A program made the position numbers and the translations under genes. The notes under the pieces are model-generated. The model did no database searches, was not told where the DNA came from, and was given only the letters and a program-made list of their open reading frames with translations. Positions 55,201 through 64,000 of a DNA stretch of 64,000 bases are shown here, piece after piece (the first letter of the stretch is position 1; every line of letters starts with the position of its first letter). Source of the stretch: Nageia nagi (taxonomy: Eukaryota > Plantae > Pinophyta); assembly GCA_050084985.1 (NCBI GenBank), contig JBITNC010000001.1, positions 178,560,001-178,624,000 of the forward strand. The letters run 5' to 3'.

Positions 55201-57222
55201 ATCACAAATCACATTGTATAATTTCCCCATAGTGAAAAAATTATCATCCATGAATAATTTCCTAATGATTATGATTAGTACAATCCACCTAAATAATATG
55301 CATTCCATAAAGGAGAGTGGCCATATCGTTATGATGAGAAATATGATATCTGGGATGAGTTTATGTGCTTTGTAAAAGATGAACCCAAGACCTAGATGTT
55401 TTATTTTGATGGATCAAAATGCACATATATAATAGGGGAATATATTATATTGGTTTCACCTTCAAATGATGTTATTCCTATGGCATATAAGCTTGTATTT
55501 GAGTGAACAAACAATATGGAAAAATATGAGGTATTGATCTTGGGTTTGAGAGTAGTTGTTCTTATTAGTATAAATATTTGTAGATATATGGTGATTCATA
55601 CCTTTTCATTAACCAAGTTAATGAAAAATACAATATAAAACATGATAATATAAGTTAGTAGTTGTGGAGATTCTCCATCAATTTGATAGTTATACTATTG
55701 AGAATATCCTAAAAATAAATAGCATATATGCATAGGTAATGGAAAGTGTTGCTTTGTTAGATCTAATTGAGATAGAAGATGAATAAATAATCTTGAAAAT
55801 AAAACATATAAATACACCATATTATGTGAATAATGATATTACAATGATAAAGAGGTATGTTATGTTACTTAAGAAGATACTACTCCATCATGGTATGAAG
55901 ATATTTATCAATATCTAAAGGAGCAAATGATCCCACAACACTTGGTGACATATTGTATAAGAGATCATTTGATAGAGATATTTTAAGATATCTCACATAT
56001 AAAAAAAAATTAACAATACTTAAACAAGAACATGAAGGCTTATGCACAGACATTTCTTTGTAAAAATGTTATATAGTAAGCTCATGCATTTAGGATACTA
56101 TTTGCCTTCTATGGAAGAAGATTGTAAAGGTCATGTAAAAATATTCCTCTAGTGTAAAAAGAATTCTAATTTGGGAAAGAAACCAACAAAAGAATTAAAT
56201 CCAATTATTTTACCATGGTGTTTCACAATTTGGGCCATAGATTTGATTAGTTTGATCAATCCTCATTTGAGATATGGGATTAAATTTTTTATTACAACTA
56301 TAGAGTACACTAAAAAATGGATATAAGTTTCTCCAATGAGGTCATTAATGCAAGAAAAGAAAATCAAATTCTTGATTAAAAAATCATAACAAGATTTGGA
56401 ATCCCATAGTAGTTGATCATGGAAAATAGGCTAAATTTCAAAGGTAAGGACATGAAAGCCTTTTGTAAAAAGTTTTATATTAATCAAAAGTTCTCTTCAA
56501 TTTATTATCCTCAAATAAATGGTCAAGCTAAAGTACCAAATGATATAATCAAAAGTATTTTATCAAAAATAGAGGATAGATATAAAATATATTAGCATGA
56601 TAAATTGGCTTATGCATTTTGCGCATATAGAACAAGTGTTAGGATTGCTATCAAGGAAGCTCCATTTTCATTAGTTTATGGTGATGAGGATATTATACCA
56701 CAAGAGTTAGAGATATCATCTATGAGAAATTTAGTACATGGTGATAATATAATCAATGAGGAAGCAAGGAAAGCTAGATTGCAACAATTGAAAATACTTA
56801 ATGAAAAAAAACTCTAAGCTATTGAACATCTAAAATCATATCATGCAAAGTTAAAATAAATATTTGAGAAAAAGACAAAGCTAAGAGTACTTTAGGTAGG
56901 ATAATTGGTTTTAAAATAAAACATCAATAATACAATTGCAAATGATTAAGTTAAATAGAAGTTCAAGCCAAATTGGTTGGGACCATTTGATGTAGTTGAG
57001 GCTATAGGATCAGGAGCATACAAATTATCTTCAATGTATGGTAAAGAAGAACCAAAAGCCTTCAATGCCATGCACCTTAAATGATTTTATGCATGAGACA
57101 ACAATTTTGTGCCTTGCACATCATGATCCATATAAATAAGGTATATGTATAGTATTTTGTATTCTTATTTCAAAGCTTATTTCTAATTCTTGCACTGTGT
57201 TGGTGTCATCCCTCTATATTAC

Positions 57223-57224
<2 letters not shown>

Positions 57225-57303
<79 letters not shown>
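57225..57303. repeat. (TA)n microsatellite in Ogre 3' UTR
   Basis: Directly visible. Confidence 0.97.
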
Positions 57304-57306
<3 letters not shown>

Positions 57307-57310
57307 ATTA

Positions 57311-57690
57311 TTACATCCATAAAAGCATAATGTCTATGGACCATGAACATAAAATGATACATCATCAATGACCATCATTACAACTATTGAAAGTTCACTC
57401 ATTTAAAAGGAAATTGGTGATACAACCATTAATGGATATGTTGACATTGAATCATACTCAATGGATTATGAACCTCACTACATAATCAAAATATGGTAAT
57501 GCTTACATCCATAAAATCATAATGTCTATAGGAAATAGAAATAAAATGCTAGGTAACTAATGGCCATTGATACTGTTAGTGATATTTCACTCACTTAAAA
57601 AAAATTCGATGATACAATTGTTAGTGGGGATGTTGGCATTGATTCATACTCAATGGATGACTCATCTCACTATGTATCCATACATCATAT
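57311..57690 (+). repeat. ~192-bp tandem duplication in Ogre 3' UTR
   Basis: ttacatccataaaa.cataatgtctat begins at 57311 and 57503; a single homologous unit lies at ~26765-26935. Confidence 0.85.
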
Positions 57691-59099
57691 AATAACTAAC
57701 ATCTATTTTTAAGTATCTAAAAATGAATATTATTAGAAATATCTATTAAACTCACATCATCTGCACTATCAAAAGCATTGTACTCAAATCATTAGCATCA
57801 TTCATTGTTCCCTAGTAGAAAACTATAAATCATTGGAATTCCTCTACATCAATGTATGAATTCTAGTACATCAAACTCCCTAGTATTAGATATGAAGGAG
57901 TTGTCACTTCTATTATTATACATCAAATGGGGAAAGGATGATGATTTTCATATTTTGACTTGGTTACTCCATCCATAGAGCTTTTCTTTGGACATGTAAT
58001 TTCACTTCTTTTAATCACACCTCAAAATAGGGGTAAAATGTAGATGCCTAAAAATGAATTCTTATTTATTAAATAATTCATTTGTATGGCATCAAATCAT
58101 ATTATTATAAAAAGGGATTAAATACACTTTATGCAATGTAATTAATTTAAAAAGACCATGAAATGATGTAAGTGGTGTAAAATATCAAGAAAGTCATCAC
58201 AAGTTATGTAATATATGAAGCTATCAAGAAAAGCAAAGGATCAAGACATTGATATAAAATAATATCAAACCCAAAGGATTCCATATCAAATAATTGAATA
58301 TCATATAGATTTACACATGAATATCATATCATATAAACAACAATGATATTTTGTAATATCATGTATCTAAGGATATGTTATCTACTCTTCATCACGTTTC
58401 TCATTATTTAAATTCAATATCTGATCTTGCAACTTTAATGGTATCAACATCATTCATGAGTTGATTCCATAGCACCTACATCATGATTATAAAGTTCAAC
58501 CAAGTTGGATTTAAGGGAGGAGCTTGTTTGTGACCTAAGCATGCAAATATGAAATAGGATAGAGTTTGATCATATTTCAACAATAGACATATTTTTTATA
58601 TATACTTTAGTAAGTACATTGTAAAGAAATAATACTTTATGTTATTGCAATATAATTATTTTTTTATCTATGCTTTCACTATTTATTATATTATTTTTCC
58701 AATACTCAATTGTCATAAATTAAAATTTATCAATACTTATACTATTACCAAGGTAGTTATAATTTGAATTTCATAACCACCTTAAAAAATAATAACTACA
58801 ATAGTTACATATGAAAGGTTAGAGATACCCACAAAAAAAATAAAGGTATTGACCATCCATGGATACAATTTTGGGAGGAATTGATTGCTCATAAATAAAA
58901 CAAACTATAATATAAAACTATCAAATACATTCTATAATATACTTATATCTTTCTAAAATTTTGAGGCCAAACTAGTCCCAACAAATGTTTTAGTCTTGAT
59001 GATTTTAAATTTTAATATGTTAAGTTAATAAACTATTGACTTGATAATGTTTCAACTTAATATATTATTTTTATATATTGGTGATTACAAAATATTTAT

Positions 59100-60213
59100 T
59101 TATAAATAAGTGGATACACATGTAAGTGTGCTTGATGATATTTAAATATTCAATGTGAAGTTGATCTTGCATTATGATTTTCAGTTAAGGTATAATAGAC
59201 TTTTTTTCTCTTGAGGTTGTATCTTCTTTCAAGTAAATAAGATTGAATACTAAGAATGTCATTCCTAATACTGACATGGAGCTAATTCAAGCAACCAATT
59301 TTGGAACATAAGGATAACCATGTAAGTATTCAAAAAGAAACAATTAGAGATTATGAAGAAAAAATAGGAATATTATTGAAGAAGAATTCAAGAATGAATA
59401 TTATTCTTCAAAATAATATATCCAATGGGAATGGGTAGATGAGTGTGAAGATGATTGCAAAAAGCTTTGGTAGAAATGAAAAAAGGTATAAGCACAACAA
59501 AGGAGGAGGATCATAAGTAGATTACAAAACCTAAGATGTAGACAGAAGAGTTAAAAGATGAACTAGAAAAGAAGAAAGTGCAAAGTAAGAGCTCTTATTC
59601 TTGGATATTGTCACTTTATGAAATTAGAGGAACTCAAAGGCTCAGTTTTTTCAACCAAAGGATAATGATGCACCTTGCACAAATCATAACTTTTGATCTG
59701 GATGTTGTTTTGAGCCTATATTTTCTAAATTATATATAATTAAATTTCTTATAATTATATAATGTAGTTTTTTAGAAGAGATGTAGTTTGAGGCTAAATT
59801 GCTCATCTTGCATATCAAATTAAGCTTTTAAGTATATTATTTATTTTTGGAATAACTACATGTAGTGAATAATGGATGGATGTAACTTGAGTTAGGGGTA
59901 AGTATAGTTAATCCAAATAAGAGCTAAAATAGTCAAAAAATAAATAATCAATAGTTAGTTGTTAGTAAAATTAGGAATAAGTGATTATTAGTTATTTAGT
60001 AAAAATCCATTGTATCTCAAAACCATGTAGTCACACCACATGGTATTTTTTTGTAATTTGGTCTAATAATAGGCCCAATAATTAATGCAAAAGTATTTTT
60101 TATTTAGAAGAATAAAGAATTTTTGTTATGAATTTTATTATTCCATTAATTTGCTTGTGTGGTTGTGAATAAATTTGGAGTCCTATTTTAGTCTCTTACT
60201 AGAATCTACATCA
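59100..60213 (+). mobile_element. Truncated Gypsy 3' end with LTR 59666-60213, same terminal family as solo LTR 36042-36581
   Basis: LTR TGATGCACCTT..ATCATAACTTTTGA ... CTACATCA shares termini with the 36042 solo LTR. It is preceded by TTTTTTCAACCAAAGGATAA and a weak chromodomain-like ILEHKD..KETIRDY. Confidence 0.6.
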
Positions 60214-60963
60214 TAAGAATTATACTAACATAGGTGTATGATATCATTCCTACTCTATAGAATAACCCTCCATTGAGTTGATCCATTATATTCAAAGGAT
60301 ACCTATCCATAAAAATAGAAATCCTATAAAAAAAACTTATATCAGATAAAACATATATATTTTTAGTGTTGTACAAGAAATGAGGGGATTTAGGATTGAG
60401 AAAAGCTCTCTAGAGTAAATCATTTATCTCCCAACCATGGGATAGAGCAACAATATATTTATTTCTCATCTATCCATCTTGAGATCAATAAAGTAAAAAA
60501 ATCTCTTATATGCTTGACCATAATATAATAAAAATCACGCCTATAAGTGCATTTATTATTAGTTCCATGCATCCTACCTATATCCCACATATTTTATATT
60601 TCACATTCATATATTCATCAAAAATATGAAAAAAATATGCACAACAGAAGATATTGCAACAATCCTATAAGAAAATGATCTAATAATTTTTTGATTACAG
60701 ATGGCATGCATGTATGAGCATAATCCTACTATTCCAAAGATCAATTCAAAGATTTCAATGATGAAGATCAGGTTAGTTATTTGATTTGAATCTAATTTTA
60801 TTTTATGTTAGCTAAATTTATAATGATTTGTTGAATGTATTTTAATAATTATCATATGTTGTTAGATGTTAAAGGGTTTTATACTTCTTACAATAACATG
60901 GGACCTTATCATTGACATCTTAAGTTGTCATGACTTAGAAAATACATTATCATGGTTTAGGAG

Positions 60964-61412
60964 TTTTATTATTGATATTATCAGCTTTGTAGCATATCAT
61001 TAGAATTACTTGAGCATGACATACTCATAATTGATGTAATCATCTTCATGGCATGGTATTATATTTATTGAAGTGTGATAGACTCATTGTTTATATCATT
61101 AGCTTCATGATGCAACATTAGATTTTCTAGAGCATGATAAACTCATTGCTAATATCATCATCTTTTTGGTACAATATTAAGATTATTGAAGAATGGTACA
61201 CTCATTATTAACATCCTTAAATTCACAATGTGATATTAGGTTGTCCATTATGTAACATACTCATTTATAACATCATCATGTTTTTGAAATGGTATTAGAT
61301 TTATTGGAGCAAGATGCACTCATTACTGACATCATTATCTATGTAGTAAGATATTAGGTTTTACAAATCATAACATACTCATTATTTATATCATCAATTT
61401 CATGATATAACA
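60964..61412. repeat. 59-bp minisatellite, ~7.5 diverged copies
   Basis: The actcatt motif recurs at 61023, 61082, 61141, 61200, 61259, 61318 and 61377. Confidence 0.9.
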
Positions 61413-61429
61413 TCTCAATATTACAATTA

Positions 61430-61507
61430 TGGTGTGACTTCCTATCCTTGTAATCATGGTGTACTATCATAGCCTTGCAATCATGGTGTGATATCTTAAC
61501 CTTGCAA
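61430..61507. repeat. 27-bp tandem repeat x3
   Basis: tggtgtgacttcctatccttgtaatca / tggtgtactatcatagccttgcaatca / tggtgtgatatcttaaccttgcaa. Confidence 0.85.
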
Positions 61508-62179
61508 ATTATGAAATATACATTAACAATTTTCCATCTATATTATATTCTATAGGATTATTATTAGAAAAATATTTATTTTATGTTATAAACCTATAAT
61601 ATCAAATGTAGAAGGAAGTATACATAGGGTTCTTCAATACTTGCAATCACTAGGAAGGTATTATAGTTTTATCCAAGCAATCTCTAATATTGGAATAAAA
61701 ACTAATGAATTTATGTAGTTTGTTCTATGTGTTCAAGGTTTACAATCTTTTTGGATTTTAATTCACATAAACTTGAACCATGTAATACTCCAAGGAGCTT
61801 ATTGTCCCATTTATTTTTATATATTAATGAATTGAAATAGAATCACACCTATACACACAATTTGTTACAAACAAAGAGTTTAGTAGAAATTGTTATAGTC
61901 TAATTACCCTAATTTTTATAGTTTCATATCATAGACATAGTTTTTTTATTAATGGCTAAATTTTTCATCAATAAAAAAAAGTGAAGTTTATAAGGAACTT
62001 CACCAACCTTTACAAAAAGAGATCAATTGTAACATTTTACCATATGTTGTAATCTCCTTACTAGACCAAACTATAGACATGTCATTCACTTCCTAAACCT
62101 TGTTATAAATAAATGTAGCCTTTTGTAATTTAAAGTTTCTTAGTTGAAAAGAATTCTCTAACAAGCCTATCATTTTAGA

Positions 62180-64000
62180 ATATATGGGTACTAAGAAAAA
62201 ATTCTATAAGCCTTTTGAACAAAATATTCTCTAGCTAGCTAACTAACCATTTTATTTTGATGGTTCTACAACATTTATTCATATTTGAATTTGTAACATA
62301 TGATGTAGACCTTCCTATGCATAATATCTTTGATACTTGGGTGCTTACCAACCTCTTCATACTTTATGATTTTAGCTTTTCTTTTGATCTTGGCCTCTTT
62401 AAGCATCTCCATATGTAGTGTAGGATTGAATACTTTCTTGGAACCTACTGATATTCTATTACCCTTTTTTTTTTGGAGTCCAACTCTATTTCCATGGCTA
62501 CTTTGCCTTTGGTCATATTAGATACTTAGCTAGGATTTTTTGTGGTCTCCTTATTTTCTTGAGTCATTAAGAAGTCTTGACCTTTGCTCTTAGGCTTATC
62601 ACTAGTCTTTCTAATCTTGAATTGCATAGGAGGATATTGATCTTCTAGATTGACTATTTGAATTGCTTGAAATTCTATTATATTCTTCACTAAAATACCT
62701 CTTTCTTATTTTCTTTTTTTGTTGTTGATGTAGAAAGGTATCTCAACCTTTGGGATCTCTTAACTTATCTTTCAATTCTCCCTTTATTAACTAAGTTTCT
62801 CCCCATTTCCATCTATTGGTTACCCTCCCAAGTCTCACTTTCTAAGCCTTCTAGCTTAGACATACTCCTAGAAATATGGTTGGATTTTTTTATTACCATA
62901 TTTCTACTCTTGATTGCTAAAGACATACTTCTTTATTCTAATTCATAGAGGATCATAATTTGATGAATAACATCCACTAGGTCCTCTTGAGGATCATTAA
63001 TCAAAAGGCCAAATTATCTATCTTATTCTCTAAAGGGCTCAACATACTCTATATCATCAAGAGTTAGTGTCTAAAGCTCCTAATACCTATCATATATTTC
63101 TTCCTTTGGCTTCTTCAATTATGAATGATTACCTTATATTTCTAATAATTAATTTCAAGATGATTTTTCTCTTTAGTATTACTACTCCTTTTAGGCTCTC
63201 TATCCATGTCTTGCAAACTAAGAGTTGGACTCATTTCCTTGTGCTTCTCATCTGTGGCTCTAAATTTTACTTGGTCGTTATGCTTGCATATGATTTTCCT
63301 CCTCTTTGTGCCTACAATATCCTTCCTATTACTATTTTTAGCTTTATTCCTTTCTCATTTCATTCCCCATTTGGTTCTAATTGTCATGAGTGTATCATCC
63401 ACCTCAGCTTCCTCCTAAGATTTGCTTTGTGATAATTCTCCACTTTCCACCTATTGGGGAGAAGAGGGATTAAAGCCTCCTTCTCCATCATCTTCTCCTC
63501 CAAGATTTTTAGACCTTTCATGTATTATCTCATTAGATAAGGAATTCTAATAGAAGCCTCCTTCAGTTCTCTATCCTCTTGACTATTGTCATCTAGTACT
63601 CTTCTTATAAAGGATTCGCCTACTTCTTTCTTCTTACTAGGTTTGAGGATCTTTTCACTAACTAGGAATTTTACCCTAAAAAATTTCTTTGGTGCTAGAG
63701 AAAAAACCCTTTCCATCACCAGTTTGATTATAGCTCCATGTAGAGGCATAGGAGCTCATTCTTACTTAACTTTTTCAACCATAATTGCAAGTGAGTTAAA
63801 TATGAAGAATGGGAAATTTACCTTGTTTGTATATAAAAATATGAATTGACTTAGTATGATTAAATATGAGATAAGAAGGATTTTGTATCTACCCTCTAAT
63901 GTCACATATTTTATGATCACTAAAGTAATATCATCCCATGGTTTGGGAATGGATTCTCTCACAACCTTTGTTTGATATTTCTTCAGATCTTTTGAATTTA
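62180..64000 (-). pseudogene. Decayed extra ORF typical of gymnosperm Gypsy elements (truncated by window end)
   Basis: ORFs 63762..63962 (PWDDITLVIIKYVTLEGRY..VNFPFFIFNSL) and 63525..63749 (PLHGAIIKLV), followed by K/E-rich low-complexity remnants. Family assignment is from recalled motif similarity only. Confidence 0.5.

Larger units (their letters stand above)
50309..58672 (+). mobile_element. Full-length degenerate Ogre/Tat Ty3/Gypsy (gag-PR-RT-RH-aRH-INT)
   Basis: LTRs 50309-50950 and 58039-58672; flanks cattc/ctttc; PPT AAAATAGGGGTAAAA. Protease SYNLLLVRP (~52830); RT ORF 53940..54461; RH ~54850-55170; additional RNase H MFYFDGSKC..TNNMEKYEVLILGL (55395-55545); integrase ORFs 56413..56595 and 56605..56817. 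Confidence 0.93.

Noticed and set aside
60687-60777. Exon-like segment (ttttttgattacag ... cag|gttagt)
   Set aside because: Good splice-like signals but no recognisable peptide or partner exons; cannot be supported
60964-61412. Regularly spaced repeats suggesting a CRISPR array
   Set aside because: Whole 59-bp units are homologous with no unique spacers, no cas genes, eukaryotic context
63067-63849. Hydrophobic plus-strand ORFs resembling membrane proteins
   Set aside because: Antisense of the K/E-rich minus-strand retroelement ORF

Overview
Eukaryotic, very AT-rich and CpG-depleted intergenic DNA with no intact host gene. The repeat types (Penelope-like element, Ogre/Tat and Athila-like Gypsy, PLS-PPR style) point by inference to a large conifer genome. 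The window is a nested transposon graveyard. It holds an L1 ORF1 scrap, a chromovirus integrase/chromodomain remnant, a decayed PLS-class PPR pseudogene (10.7-11.9 kb) and a Penelope GIY-YIG 3' fragment with a hammerhead-like hairpin (13.5-14.2 kb). An Athila-like Gypsy carries a full Copia (17990-24149) and a 3.7-kb non-autonomous Ogre derivative (24549-28228). A near full-length L1 carries a TIR element and a solo LTR. A minus-strand non-autonomous LTR element (39968-49741) carries a Gag-protease-X element with near-identical LTRs (42710-47367). A decayed full-length Ogre/Tat (50309-58672), minisatellites and a retrotransposon extra-ORF follow. Most ORF-track entries are fragments of these or noise. 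The most interesting signal: two unrelated non-autonomous LTR elements lack usable RT/integrase but kept one long ancestral reading frame. One did so via repeated in-frame deletions of gag-pol, the other via a ~230-codon unrecognised C-terminal extension running to the 3' LTR. This suggests selection for translation in cis. All alignments and counts were done by eye.
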